Source: Bdellovibrionota bacterium
GTDB lineage: Bacteria; Bdellovibrionota; UBA1018; UBA923
Reading direction: 5' to 3'
Assembly: GCA_040754655.1 (NCBI GenBank)
Contig: JBFMCE010000012.1
Span: 1 to 49,359, forward strand
DNA length: 49,359 nucleotides
Below, piece by piece: positions 1 to 9,877 of this stretch. The notes beneath the pieces were generated by a model. That model searched no databases and was not told where the DNA came from. It worked only from the letters and a program-made list of their open reading frames with translations. How positions within the stretch are numbered: position 1 is the stretch's first letter; every line of letters begins with the position of its first letter. Made by a program: the position numbers and the translations under genes.

Positions 1-749
1 CCCGTCATTAAAAAGGGTATCTGAATGACGACATACGTGATCACTGGGATCATCGCGTTCTTCAAGACATGCCGAAACAAGATTACCCTCTCGGCAAGCC
101 CCTTCGCCCTGGCGGTGCGCACGTAATCTTGGTTCACTTCATCGAGCATGAAGGTGCGAAAAACCCTGACGTTGATCCCCAAACTCACGATCACCCAAAT
201 CAAAGCAGGCAACCAGATGTACTTGAACCTCTCAGGGATCGCTTGATCGTACCCCGAAATCGGAGCCAAATCCCACCAATAGGCGATGACGTATTGGCCA
301 AATAAAATATACGCCAACGCCGAAATGCTCATCCCAACGACGCAAAGAATCACCACGCCGCGGTCAAACAGGCTGCCGCGAAAAAAAGCCACCAACAGCG
401 CGATCGCGAGTCCCAAAAAAGTTTCGACGATGAAAGCGGGAATCGCCAGCGAAAGCGAAGCAGGCAATCCGCGCCAGATCATCTCAGAGATGCGTTGTTT
501 TGAAGTGTAACTTCGACCAAAGTCGAAGGTGACGACTTGCCTGACATAATCAAAGAATTGCTCGTATTTCGGGCGATCGAGGCCTAACTCACGGCGAAGC
601 TCCACGATCTGCGACTGGGAGGCGTGTTTTCCCAACATTTGGTAGGTAGGATCGCCACCGACAAGATTGAACAAAGTGAAGATGATGAGGCATACACCCA
701 GCAAGATCGGAATCGTATAGATCAGACGCCTTGCGACATAGGCAATCAT
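1..749 (-). CDS. Peptide/oligopeptide ABC transporter permease (OppB/DppB family), runs off the window edge
   Basis: Manual translation from ATG at 749: MIAYVARRLIYTIPILLGVCLIIFTLFNLVGGDP...LGLDRP...DFGRSY...DYVRTARAKGLAERVILFRHVLKNAMIP (EAA-loop motif). ATGA overlap with the stop of the upstream binding-protein gene. Not in the ORF track because it has no stop in the window. Confidence 0.93.
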   Translation of the reverse strand, partial: MIAYVARRLIYTIPILLGVCLIIFTLFNLVGGDPTYQMLGKHASQSQIVELRRELGLDRPKYEQFFDYVRQVVTFDFGRSYTSKQRISEMIWRGLPASLSLAIPAFIVETFLGLAIALLVAFFRGSLFDRGVVILCVVGMSISALAYILFGQYVIAYWWDLAPISGYDQAIPERFKYIWLPALIWVIVSLGINVRVFRTFMLDEVNQDYVRTARAKGLAERVILFRHVLKNAMIPVITYVVIQIPFLMT

Positions 750-2557
750 GGCTCTGAAACCCCTATTCCATGTCGCAGGGCCCGGTTCCTTCCGTCCAAG
801 TCAACTCGAAGATACTTTTCAGCGCAATGTTCAAATGCATGTATTTTAAGATTGTGGGTCCACCCGTGAGACAAACGGCTTTCATTCTGATGGACCGTCA
901 AAACCCAAGGCACGTCTTCTGAGAGCATCTCTCTCATCTTGACGAACAAAGCCTTGCGCTGAGCCCCATTAGGCAAAACGGCCGCCTGCTCATAGAGGCG
1001 ATCAAATTTCGGATTCTCATAGTTCGCGAGGTTCGACCCCGGAGCTTCGTTGCGACTGTACAAGAGTTGCCACCCGTTCTCGGCGTCAGGGTAATCGTAC
1101 ACCCAAGAAAGCCCAAGAATCTGGACTTGTTTTTGACGAGCCCGTTTCATCATCTCAGGCCACAGTACGACATTCAAATTCACTTTGATCCCAAGCTCGG
1201 CGACTGAGCGCTGGAAGTACTCTCCAAGCTGGCGGTAGACCTGCCCCGTTTGCACGTCATAGGTGAGCTCAGGGACTCCTCTGCCATCGGCATGGCCCGC
1301 TTTTGCCAGGATCTCTCTTGCTTTGACCAAGCTGTACTGGCGCGAAGGATTCCTATAATTCGGATCGTACCCCCAAATTCCCGGTGGAATCGGCGACTCG
1401 GCCTTCAACCCTAGCCCGAGATAAAACTTCTCAATCGCCGGTGCCTCATCGAATGCGAGCGAAATCGCCTTGCGCAAAAACTTATTCTTCTCGCCGCCAA
1501 CGACGGGATCTTCCATGTTGAAGACGATGTAGTTGAAGGCCACCGACGGGGTAAGGTGCAGTTGGATATGCTTGTCGCGAATCTCTTTCGAGGGCTTTCC
1601 ATCGCTTGAAATAGCGGCTGCCGGATTGTCTTTCGGGATGCGCATCAAATAATCGTGGTCGCCTTTCATGAAGCTGAGCCACGTCGGCTGGTCTTCGATC
1701 AGGATGTCATCAATAATCTTATCGAGAAAGGGGATAGGTTTTCCTGCGTCTTTCAGCAAGCCCAGTTCTTTGTCTCCCTCGGATCCTTCCTTTGGATAGA
1801 TCTGGGGGTGATAAGACGGATTACGCTCCCAGACCCATTGATTCTGAGTAAAGTTCGTCAGGCGAAACGGACCTGTGCCGACGGGATGGTTCTGAAAATC
1901 CTTCCCATAAAACTCGACCACCTCTCTAGCCACGACGTTGGCATAGGGCATAGTCAAACGATGTAGGAAAAGGGGGAAAGGCTTGGTCAGCCGGACCTGC
2001 AGGGTATGGTCATCGATCGCCTTCAGGCCTCCAACCGACGCATCATAAGCGGTTTGTCCTGATTCTAAGGCTTGGTCTCGCCATTCATTCAATCCGACAA
2101 TGAGGCCGTCAAGGATCCACCATCCCGTCGAACCCACCTTTGGGTCGGCCAGTCGCTTAAAAGAATAAACAAAGTCTTGAGCGCGAAGAGGCCTGCCCTT
2201 GCCATCTTTGAACGCCTTATCGTCATGAAAACGCACGCCCTGTTTGAGCCGAAAAGTATAGGTTTTCTGATCTTTAGAAACCGCAGGCATTGTTTCGATC
2301 AACAAGGGCTCAAGTTCATATGGTCTTTTCAAATAATGATACTGGACCAATCCTTCGTAAGCCCTTCGCAGCAGAACGTGTGAATAATAATCATGGGCAA
2401 TGGCTGGATCTAGGCTTCGAGGTTTGTCTCGCAATGCAACGCGCACCACATTTCCGAGCTCACGTTTTCGAGTGCAGCCAAACCAAGCTGGAGCCGCGAC
2501 CACGAGCAGCACTGCAATTACGAGATGTCTCACGGTATAAGAAGAATAACAGGGCAT
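746..2557 (-). CDS. ABC transporter substrate-binding protein, family 5 (peptide/nickel), probable lipoprotein
   Basis: SLDPA, YTFRLKQGVRFHD, DFVYSFKR, PVGTGPF, YENPKFDRL motifs; lipobox-like WFGC; adjacent permease. Confidence 0.92.
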   Translation of the reverse strand: MPCYSSYTVRHLVIAVLLVVAAPAWFGCTRKRELGNVVRVALRDKPRSLDPAIAHDYYSHVLLRRAYEGLVQYHYLKRPYELEPLLIETMPAVSKDQKTYTFRLKQGVRFHDDKAFKDGKGRPLRAQDFVYSFKRLADPKVGSTGWWILDGLIVGLNEWRDQALESGQTAYDASVGGLKAIDDHTLQVRLTKPFPLFLHRLTMPYANVVAREVVEFYGKDFQNHPVGTGPFRLTNFTQNQWVWERNPSYHPQIYPKEGSEGDKELGLLKDAGKPIPFLDKIIDDILIEDQPTWLSFMKGDHDYLMRIPKDNPAAAISSDGKPSKEIRDKHIQLHLTPSVAFNYIVFNMEDPVVGGEKNKFLRKAISLAFDEAPAIEKFYLGLGLKAESPIPPGIWGYDPNYRNPSRQYSLVKAREILAKAGHADGRGVPELTYDVQTGQVYRQLGEYFQRSVAELGIKVNLNVVLWPEMMKRARQKQVQILGLSWVYDYPDAENGWQLLYSRNEAPGSNLANYENPKFDRLYEQAAVLPNGAQRKALFVKMREMLSEDVPWVLTVHQNESRLSHGWTHNLKIHAFEHCAEKYLRVDLDGRNRALRHGIGVSEP

Positions 2558-2643
2558 TCGCCAATAAAGTCCTCTACTTAAACTCTTACACTAACGCGTA
2601 GCACGTAGAGCCTTCACGCACAACGCTTAATCGACCTGTCGTT

Positions 2644-3540
2644 TTAGAACGATTCTTTCGAAAACCCTCTCAAAAAATCTGGTGAGAGCGAAAAAACCTG
2701 AGCCGGTATCTCTTCATTCCACCGACGCTCTCGCCAAGCGATATGCACTTCAAGATCGGGTTGGTCTTCAGGCTTTGATGCCTGGGAATAACTCTTGAGG
2801 TTCACCTCTTGCGGCAAATAAAAATCGGGAACGTCGAGATATTTTGAATACTCGACGATGTATTTTTCTTTGCGGCCCGCTTTGCGCTCAATCTCGCCAT
2901 CAATCTTCTTGAGCGCCATGCGCGGCCCCGGGTCGATCCACGTGATCTCGTACCGGAAACGGCCGTGATCAGAAGAAACCCTGAAACCCTGTTCATCAGA
3001 TTGCTCAAGCTTGTGATGACCTGGCAGCGCAAGCAACCCCAACAAGAGGTCTGGTAGCTGGTCTAGAGGCAGCCCGTACCATGTACCTTGTGCCGAAAAA
3101 TAGCGCCTCTGATCGAAATCGATCGAGAGAAAATTTCGATTTGAATCGAGCAGCATCAACGCGTGCGTGACTCCGAGAGGATCCATCGCTTCGATTCGCA
3201 AGAGCGGCGCCACCGGATTCGACCGATCAATGACGATGATCGCCGGAAAAGAAAGCTTCTGATCGGCAGAGCGCATCCGGATCCACGCCCTACCGCGTTC
3301 GGTTCGAATGGAAGCCGATTGTTTCTCTAAAAACTCTACGGCTTGTTGAGAAGAAAAAGGACGCACCTTTCGAGCGCACCCAAATTGACTAAGACTCGCA
3401 GCAAGCGTGAAGAGGAAAACGAGGGAAAAGAAAAACGACGGGGGTCGATCAGGCCTCGAAGTATCAGCGCGATACGTTTGCGGGTTGGCGAGGTTTGGCT
3501 GAACTCTCGGTATGAAGCCCGAGTGCTCGGCGCAGTTCAT
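2644..3540 (-). CDS. Outer-membrane lipoprotein, LolB/DUF4292-like; start uncertain
   Basis: Hydrophobic stretch ending SQFGC (lipobox-like), LRIEAMDPLG, GLPLDQLPDLLLG and LPQEV segments resembling LolB/DUF4292 proteins; directly downstream of a TPR lipoprotein. Confidence 0.6.
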   Translation of the reverse strand: MNCAEHSGFIPRVQPNLANPQTYRADTSRPDRPPSFFFSLVFLFTLAASLSQFGCARKVRPFSSQQAVEFLEKQSASIRTERGRAWIRMRSADQKLSFPAIIVIDRSNPVAPLLRIEAMDPLGVTHALMLLDSNRNFLSIDFDQRRYFSAQGTWYGLPLDQLPDLLLGLLALPGHHKLEQSDEQGFRVSSDHGRFRYEITWIDPGPRMALKKIDGEIERKAGRKEKYIVEYSKYLDVPDFYLPQEVNLKSYSQASKPEDQPDLEVHIAWRERRWNEEIPAQVFSLSPDFLRGFSKESF

Positions 3541-5326
3541 CGATCTTTCGCCCGATTTTCTCTTTCTCTGCCGGATCTGCATACATTCGTGCCGCTTCAA
3601 GATACTTCTCTAATGCTTTCTGTTTTAAATTGCTGCGCAGGTAAGCATCGCCAAGATGTTCTAAAATGACGCCTTCGTCTGGCCGCAGTTTCAATGCTTT
3701 TTCAAGCTCGATCATAGCACGACGGACATCTCCTTTTACCATCAAAAGAAAACCCAAGCTGTCTTGGATATAACCATCGCCCGGCTTTAACTTGATCGCC
3801 TTGCGTATCAACTGCTCAGCCTGCCCCAAATTTTCACCGCGCGTCGCATAAGTGTAGCCGATGTAATTCAGCGCCTGAACGTTGTCAGGATTGAGCTCTA
3901 AGATCTCTTGCATGGCCTTGAGCGCTTCATCCTGCTTGCCCTGCTTGTCATAGAGAGAGCCCAAATAGTAAAGCACGCGTTCATCGCGAGCGAACTCGAC
4001 CTTTGCCTTCTCAAGCACGGCCGAAGCCTCATCTACGCGTTTAAGGTCTTCAAGCAACGAAGCTTTATATACGTAGAACTGGGGCACCTTGGGATTGTTG
4101 TTGATGGCTTTTTCGATCCAACTCAATGCTTCTTCAGGCCTGCCTTGGGTCTTGTGCAAGTGGGCAACGTGAATGGTGGCATCAATGTATACCGTGCTTG
4201 TAGGCGGAATTTTCTGAAACTCATCGATCGCTTCATTGTAGCGCTTGAGCTCTTCAAAAACTGACGCCAGATAATAACGAACCTTCTCGGCCTCGGTGTT
4301 CTTGCTCAGGATGGTCTTGAAAATATCGATCGCATTTTCGTATTTCTTTTGTTCGATGTAAATCAAACCGATCTTCACTTGAACGTTCAGGTTGTCTTGG
4401 TCGGCATCGTTCAGCAGAAGCAGGTACTTCAAGGACTGGTCGTATTTCTCTTTATCGATGTAAATTTGCGCAAGCCTCGCCACCGCCTGCAGATCGCCGG
4501 TCTCGGCATAGAGCTCTTCATAGACCTGAACCGCCTGATCAACCTTTTTCATCTCTTCCAAAAGAATGCCCAGCGTAAGCCCCGCTTGAACAAAGTTTGG
4601 TTTGATCGCCATCGCTTTGCGATACTGCGCGATCGCGTCTTTCGTGTTGTCTTGCCGCTGATAGGCCCGACCCAGATAGTAATAGCCCAGGTAATACTCA
4701 GGGTCTTGCGCGATGAGCCTGTTCAACACGGCAATCGCTTCTTTGACTCGCCCTTCGTCTAAAAGCAAAGAGCCCTTGAAAACATAGGCCTCTGAATTTT
4801 TCGGATCAACCTTGAGCACGGCATCATATTGCTCGATCGCTTCAGCGACGAGTTTGGTTGAGGCGTAAAGGCCTGCGAGCAACAACCTTGCATCGACGTA
4901 CTTCGGATCGATCTTGACCGCGATCTTGCATTGTTCGATCGCAAACGTGAGCATGCCCTTCTTGACGTACTCCCCGGCAAGTCTCGTGTGAATCACCGCG
5001 GAATTCGCATCATAAATTAAAGCGATTTTGTATTCTTCGATCGCCTTGTTCGAATCGCCTTCAAGAGAAGCTGCTTGTCCCATCGAAAAATGGTAGCTCG
5101 CTTGGTTTGAGCTATAAGCCGAATCAATTTTTTTCTCGGAAGGAAACTCTGGTTTCATGGTGTAGGGAGCCAGCTGCTCGGCATTTTCTACCGGTGTAAC
5201 ACGGCTGGGACCTGGTCCGCGCGAGGCGGTAGAACACCCTGCAATCACTAACGCTGCGCACACAAAACTCTGTGTTAGCATTAGGACTTTTCGCCCTTGA
5301 CTAACCGGAACAGAGAATCTTCTCAT
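3464..5326 (-). CDS. Large TPR-repeat lipoprotein
   Basis: Lipobox IAGC; many TPR units; C-terminal ALNYIGYTYA...IQDSLG...ILEHLGDAY pattern typical of the TPR protein encoded beside lolB. Confidence 0.9.
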   Translation of the reverse strand: MRRFSVPVSQGRKVLMLTQSFVCAALVIAGCSTASRGPGPSRVTPVENAEQLAPYTMKPEFPSEKKIDSAYSSNQASYHFSMGQAASLEGDSNKAIEEYKIALIYDANSAVIHTRLAGEYVKKGMLTFAIEQCKIAVKIDPKYVDARLLLAGLYASTKLVAEAIEQYDAVLKVDPKNSEAYVFKGSLLLDEGRVKEAIAVLNRLIAQDPEYYLGYYYLGRAYQRQDNTKDAIAQYRKAMAIKPNFVQAGLTLGILLEEMKKVDQAVQVYEELYAETGDLQAVARLAQIYIDKEKYDQSLKYLLLLNDADQDNLNVQVKIGLIYIEQKKYENAIDIFKTILSKNTEAEKVRYYLASVFEELKRYNEAIDEFQKIPPTSTVYIDATIHVAHLHKTQGRPEEALSWIEKAINNNPKVPQFYVYKASLLEDLKRVDEASAVLEKAKVEFARDERVLYYLGSLYDKQGKQDEALKAMQEILELNPDNVQALNYIGYTYATRGENLGQAEQLIRKAIKLKPGDGYIQDSLGFLLMVKGDVRRAMIELEKALKLRPDEGVILEHLGDAYLRSNLKQKALEKYLEAARMYADPAEKEKIGRKIDELRRALGLHTESSAKPRQPANVSR

Positions 5327-5395
5327 CGCTCAAATCCCTTTCTTTTGGCTCTGCTAGGGCCTTTCCAGATGTTTTCCAAATTTTGGCTCACCGTA

Positions 5396-5430
5396 TTGAC
5401 ATGGTCTTTTTAACGCGGTTATAAAAGACC
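5396..5430 (+). promoter_or_regulatory. Sigma70-like promoter with an overlapping inverted repeat, upstream of the PhaR-like gene
   Basis: TTGACA (5396-5401), 18 nt, TATAAA (5420-5425); inverted repeat GGTCTTTTTAAC-GCG-GTTA(T)AAAAGACC at 5403-5430. Confidence 0.6.
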
Positions 5431-5487
5431 TTGTTCGGGGGTAGATTCATCTGGCCATTCCCCATCTACCAGATGTGTCGACATAAT

Positions 5488-5515
5488 CTTTCGGGCACTT
5501 TAGGGTGCCGGTTTA
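5488..5515 (-). promoter_or_regulatory. Possible sigma28-like promoter for the TPR-LolB-like operon
   Basis: Minus strand TAAA-N16-CCCGAAAG, same spacing as the motifs at 30903 and 32973. Confidence 0.3.
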
Positions 5516-5649
5516 CCGCTAGTGCCTAGGATTGGGCCGACGTCCTCGAAATACGGTCGTTAAATATGGAAATCAGCCGGTTGGTCACCGTCTTGGTTTT
5601 CGGGTTTAGAAAAGAAGTGGGGAATTATTCAGTCTGAGGGGGGTTTTCA

Positions 5650-6009
5650 ATGAAAGAAGTTAAGGTCATTAAGAGATATCAGAATCGTAAGCTCTACGAC
5701 ACCAATCAAAGCTGCTACGTAACACTTGACGAAATCGCTCAAATGATTAAGAACGGCGATGATCTTCGTGTGATCGACAACAAGAGCAAACAAGACATCA
5801 CTGCGGTAACGCTTACCCAGCTTTTGTATGAATCTGAGCGTAAAGCGAAAAATGCCGTACCAGTGGAAATGCTCAAAGAAATCATTCGAGCTGGTGATGG
5901 TTCGTTTAGCGGTTATATCCGCAACAACTTGGCGACTCAGCTCAAGAAGTTTGATGCTGAACCTCCGGCAGAGGTCGCTCGCACCGCTTCGGGCGTGGTG
6001 AATCAGTAA
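5650..6009 (+). CDS. Polyhydroxyalkanoate synthesis regulator (PhaR-type) DNA-binding domain protein
   Basis: IKRYQNRKLYDTNQSCYVTLDEIAQMIKNGDDLRVIDNKSKQDIT matches the PhaR N-terminal domain; RBS GAGGGGGG. Confidence 0.9.
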   Translation: MKEVKVIKRYQNRKLYDTNQSCYVTLDEIAQMIKNGDDLRVIDNKSKQDITAVTLTQLLYESERKAKNAVPVEMLKEIIRAGDGSFSGYIRNNLATQLKKFDAEPPAEVARTASGVVNQ

Positions 6010-6047
6010 TTCTTGTTCTCGGTCCGCGCTTAAGTCATACTAAAAGT

Positions 6048-6680
6048 ATGTTGGTGGGGGCCGGATTCAGAATTTTTAAGAACAAAGGGCAACGGAGAAA
6101 ACCTCTCCTTGCCCTTTTTCTTTTGGCGACGCTGACGGCATTCGTAGGCCCCTCGCGCAACGATGCCCATGCGGCCGCTGGCGAACACGGCGTAGGCCTT
6201 GGCCTGGGACAAGTCTTGCTGATGGGAGATTTTGCAAAAAACTTCTCAGACTCGCTTGGCTACCAGCTTACCTACAGTTACGAAGCGAGCGCGATGTTTG
6301 GGCTTCTTGCAACTCTAAGCATGAGCAGCCACTCTGATGCGACCGGCGACAACTCGCTCGACATCAAAGGGTTCACGCCCAATCTGCGTATCAACCTTGC
6401 TTACGTCGATAAGCTCGTCATCTACGCTTTCACCGGATTTGGGCTTTTCATGGTCGATGAAACCATCGGCGAGCAAGCAGGCTCTGTCACGACTTTGGGT
6501 TTTGATATGGGAACGTCGCTGAACTTGGCGCTAGACAAACACCTTCAATTTGGAACAACGCTTTCTTTTCACAACATCTTCGGAAAAACCGACCCAGCGA
6601 CTGTGACCGACTCAAGCCCGGGCTTGAGCATCGGCGGAACATACCTGATGTTGTCGCTGAACTTTTTTTATATATTTTAA
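6048..6680 (+). CDS. Small outer-membrane beta-barrel protein
   Basis: Signal peptide (AHA), alternating amphipathic strands, C-terminal FYIF aromatic beta-signal. Confidence 0.7.
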   Translation: MLVGAGFRIFKNKGQRRKPLLALFLLATLTAFVGPSRNDAHAAAGEHGVGLGLGQVLLMGDFAKNFSDSLGYQLTYSYEASAMFGLLATLSMSSHSDATGDNSLDIKGFTPNLRINLAYVDKLVIYAFTGFGLFMVDETIGEQAGSVTTLGFDMGTSLNLALDKHLQFGTTLSFHNIFGKTDPATVTDSSPGLSIGGTYLMLSLNFFYIF

Positions 6681-6753
6681 AGATACAGCGAACAAAGACA
6701 CTTCAGGCGGGCCGGGCGAAGTCTAGTCTCAAAGCGTCTAAGTGCCACTAAAA

Positions 6754-7536
6754 TCAAAGCCCTTTGGCTTCGTTTCTCGTCCTTAAGACCTGCTGTGTTT
6801 TTTCTTCCATAGCCATTTCAAAGGCCACCTTATCTCCATTGACCTTCAATAAGGTGAAGTACTGGTCATAGATGTTTACGAGGGGAAATTTCTTTTCAAG
6901 CAAGAGGTCCAGAATCTTTACGAGCGTGGGATCTGAGAGCTTCTTTCGTGCATCTGGATAAAAATCCACAACATTTTCATGCCCTAACTTTTCGTATTTC
7001 AGCGCTTGGATGGCAGCATCGAGTTTATCAAGTTGTTTTACCAATTTGGCGGTAGGCGTTTCCGCCGCTTCATATTCCATCCAGAGCTCTCGTAAAGGAG
7101 CAGCCTCTGGAATCTCTAATACGATTTCGTCCCAAACTCTTTTCTCCATCGCGTGTTTTTCCGCCTTAGTGATCTTGGCGTCGGGCGTGAAGTCTGGCGC
7201 TATTGCTTCTGCAAGGTCATGAATCAATGCCATGAAACCTGCTCGCAACACGTCTATCCCGGCATGATGAATACTGTAATAAAGCGCTGCCCGCCTGACC
7301 TTCTGGGAATGCTCAAGCACCGTCTCTGCGATCTCTTCTGGGATACCTCGTTTCACCCAACCCGTGCGGATTTTTGCGCGCAATGCCAATTCAATCTTCG
7401 TCCATAACACAGGGATCTGAATGCTATCTTCCGAGTAAGCCATGAGAAGCCGATTGCAAAGGGTCAGATGGTCGGCATTTGCCCGCGAGAGGCTAAGTGA
7501 GGTCAACAAGAGAATAAACAAAACAGCGGTTTTCAT
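6754..7536 (-). CDS. HD-domain 5'-deoxynucleotidase-like protein (YfbR/HDDC2 family) with predicted signal peptide
   Basis: RTGW, EHS, IHDLAEA..PDFTP, EYE...AKLVKQLDKLD motifs; N-terminus MKTAVLFILLLTSLSLSRANA. Confidence 0.82.
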   Translation of the reverse strand: MKTAVLFILLLTSLSLSRANADHLTLCNRLLMAYSEDSIQIPVLWTKIELALRAKIRTGWVKRGIPEEIAETVLEHSQKVRRAALYYSIHHAGIDVLRAGFMALIHDLAEAIAPDFTPDAKITKAEKHAMEKRVWDEIVLEIPEAAPLRELWMEYEAAETPTAKLVKQLDKLDAAIQALKYEKLGHENVVDFYPDARKKLSDPTLVKILDLLLEKKFPLVNIYDQYFTLLKVNGDKVAFEMAMEEKTQQVLRTRNEAKGL

Positions 7537-7597
7537 AGGGTGTAAATGCATACACTTTACAGTAAATCCCAGCAAGGCTTATCAGCCAAAAATCCAT

Positions 7598-8041
7598 TCA
7601 CACGAATGGCTTCAGGTGGGCTCTGCAAAATTTGACAAAGAAATACAAAGAAATAAGCGCAGGGGCCACGGGGAAGAAGATCGCCACATTCAAAGGCATC
7701 GACATCGCCTCACCAGAGAAAGCTAAAGAGAAATGGACCAAAGCTACAACCGCTAACGATACTCCAACAAGCAAAACAAGCGCATTGAAGGGCACACGTA
7801 GCTTGAGTCTCAAAAGCGCAAACACAACCCAAAATCCAACGATCGACAGTACAAACCCGTAAGCTGCGCCGACGAAAAACACGGAAACCGGCATTTCGAC
7901 CGGTAGATCGAAACTTCTAGATACTACGACGGTAGGAATGGTCACTGCCAATGAAGAAGACAAACCTACGGCACAAGCCGACTTCAGTATGAAGAGCCAA
8001 AAGTTCGCATACAACTTTGATTGGAAAAATGCGCGTATCAT
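7598..8041 (-). CDS. Hypothetical membrane protein (about 4 TM helices)
   Basis: 147-aa ORF with four hydrophobic segments; no recognised family. Confidence 0.55.
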   Translation of the reverse strand: MIRAFFQSKLYANFWLFILKSACAVGLSSSLAVTIPTVVVSRSFDLPVEMPVSVFFVGAAYGFVLSIVGFWVVFALLRLKLRVPFNALVLLVGVSLAVVALVHFSLAFSGEAMSMPLNVAIFFPVAPALISLYFFVKFCRAHLKPFV

Positions 8042-8291
8042 TGCTTTCTACCGATAGCCCAAGTGAATGATCCTGGGAATGAGGTTTTAAAGAGCGGAGT
8101 CGTCCTGGCGTCGACCTTGCCCGACTCGGGTTGGTCGCAGACATCTGCGTTAGTCGTTACTGAGCAAGAAGGTATGCCCTCACGCGTCTAATGCAACGGC
8201 CTAGGCCCACAACAAAGCGACGTATTGGGTTTCGGTCTCGCATCCCTCCCCCATAGCCCTAAACCCAAGATTAGGGTATAACCCCACCACA

Positions 8292-9272
8292 ATGACTCTC
8301 GACACCACTCGCTCAGAAGACGCTGTATTCATGGCGCTAGCCGCATATGAGGCAGAAAAATTCATCGGTGCCACGGCACCCAATCCACCGGTGGGTGCTT
8401 GCCTTGTGCGCGATGGAAAGATCTTGGCTGTAGGCGCTCATGCGCGCGCGGGTTTTGACCATGCCGAGGTGGTCACTATTAAAAGAGCACTAGAGCTTCA
8501 TGGCGAAGCAGCTGTTAGAGGTGCAACTCTTTACGTGACACTTGAGCCCTGCAACCACCATGGCAAGACCCCGCCCTGCACCGAAGCGATTCTCAAGGCT
8601 GGCGTCACACGTGTTGTTTTTGGGATTGAGGATCCCAATCCAGCGGTCGCAGGTGGTGGGGCGCTCGAGCTTCAACACCACCAAGTCAAAGTAATCGAAG
8701 GCACTGGCAAACAGATTTGCCTGAACTTGATTGAGCCTTTCCTCAAGCTTAAAACCACAGGACTGCCTTGGATCGTGCACAAACTTGCATACAGAGTTTT
8801 GAAAGATGGAACTCTTTCAATGCTTCCTGAGCCTGGGATGAAGACCTTCACATCGCAAGAAAGCTTGAAGGAAGCTCACCTTGAACGAAAGAAATGTGAC
8901 GCGATCTTGACAGGAATCGGAACAGTGCTCGTAGACCAACCTCTGTTCAACGTAAGACACCTCGAGGATCATCCAAAAAAGAAACGCCCTCTGATCGTTT
9001 TAAGCCGTAAGAGAACCGAACTGCCCTCTTCCTGGGTGGAACAGCAAAAAGGTTTGGGATTCGAAGTCGAACTGGCTTCCGATCCGATTGAGGCTCTAGA
9101 ACAACTGGGTCAAAAAGGAGCACTCAGGGTTTTGGTCGAGGCTGGTCCCCAGCTCTCGCAGTGGGTGATCTCAGAGGGAGCCTGGGACGAACGCTTGGTT
9201 TTCTTTTCTGGAATTGCGGGTGAAGACCAAGACTTTTTCATCAGGGAGCGCGCATGTTCACCGGAATCGTAA
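8292..9272 (+). CDS. ribD: Riboflavin biosynthesis deaminase/reductase RibD
   Basis: PNPPVG, HAE, LEPCNHHGKTPPC zinc motifs; DAILTGIGTVLVDQP and VLVEAG reductase motifs; first gene of the rib operon. Confidence 0.93.
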   Translation: MTLDTTRSEDAVFMALAAYEAEKFIGATAPNPPVGACLVRDGKILAVGAHARAGFDHAEVVTIKRALELHGEAAVRGATLYVTLEPCNHHGKTPPCTEAILKAGVTRVVFGIEDPNPAVAGGGALELQHHQVKVIEGTGKQICLNLIEPFLKLKTTGLPWIVHKLAYRVLKDGTLSMLPEPGMKTFTSQESLKEAHLERKKCDAILTGIGTVLVDQPLFNVRHLEDHPKKKRPLIVLSRKRTELPSSWVEQQKGLGFEVELASDPIEALEQLGQKGALRVLVEAGPQLSQWVISEGAWDERLVFFSGIAGEDQDFFIRERACSPES

Positions 9273-9877
9273 GCGGCTTGGGCCAAGTAACGTCTCTCAC
9301 CAGGCACGACAGCGGCGAAGTCAACGTCTGGTTAAGCTGCCTTTATGAAGATGCAGTCTTGGGCGAGAGCATCGCTATAAACGGAGTTTGTTTGACCGTA
9401 GTGAGCATTGAGAAACCGGGGCACGGCAAGGCTGTGCTCGAGTTTTTCATCAGCTCTGAGACCTTAAGCTGCTCAAACTTAGGCCGGCTTGAAAAAGGCT
9501 CGCGCGTCAACCTTGAGCGCGCCCTGAGGCTGCAAGACCGGCTTTCCGGTCACCTGGTACAGGGGCACATCGATGGCTTGGCCAAACTAATTGGTGTACG
9601 ACCAGCCGGCGAAAGCCGCGAGATCCAAATTGAAGTACCGCCCCGAATGCTACCCTTTCTTGTTGAAAAGGGTTCGGTAGCACTCGATGGAATCAGCCTT
9701 ACGATCAACACGATCAAAGACAAGAGCATAACCCTGCGCATCATTCCACACACCTGGGAACACACCACCTTAAGCTCAAAGCAAGTTGGTCAGGATTTCA
9801 ATTTAGAGCTAGATGTGATAGCAAAATATGTTCAAAGGTTGGTTCAAACAGATGCATACAATACTCGAAGCAATTGA
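9254..9877 (+). CDS. ribE: Riboflavin synthase
   Basis: MFTGIV start, [38 protein letters not shown]. Confidence 0.96.
   Translation: MFTGIVSGLGQVTSLTRHDSGEVNVWLSCLYEDAVLGESIAINGVCLTVVSIEKPGHGKAVLEFFISSETLSCSNLGRLEKGSRVNLERALRLQDRLSGHLVQGHIDGLAKLIGVRPAGESREIQIEVPPRMLPFLVEKGSVALDGISLTINTIKDKSITLRIIPHTWEHTTLSSKQVGQDFNLELDVIAKYVQRLVQTDAYNTRSN

Noticed and set aside
8042..8291. FMN riboswitch expected upstream of ribD
   Set aside because: Conserved RFN segments (GGGTGAAA.TCCC, AGTC.GGATG) are absent; only short hairpins such as CCCTAA/TTAGGG are present.
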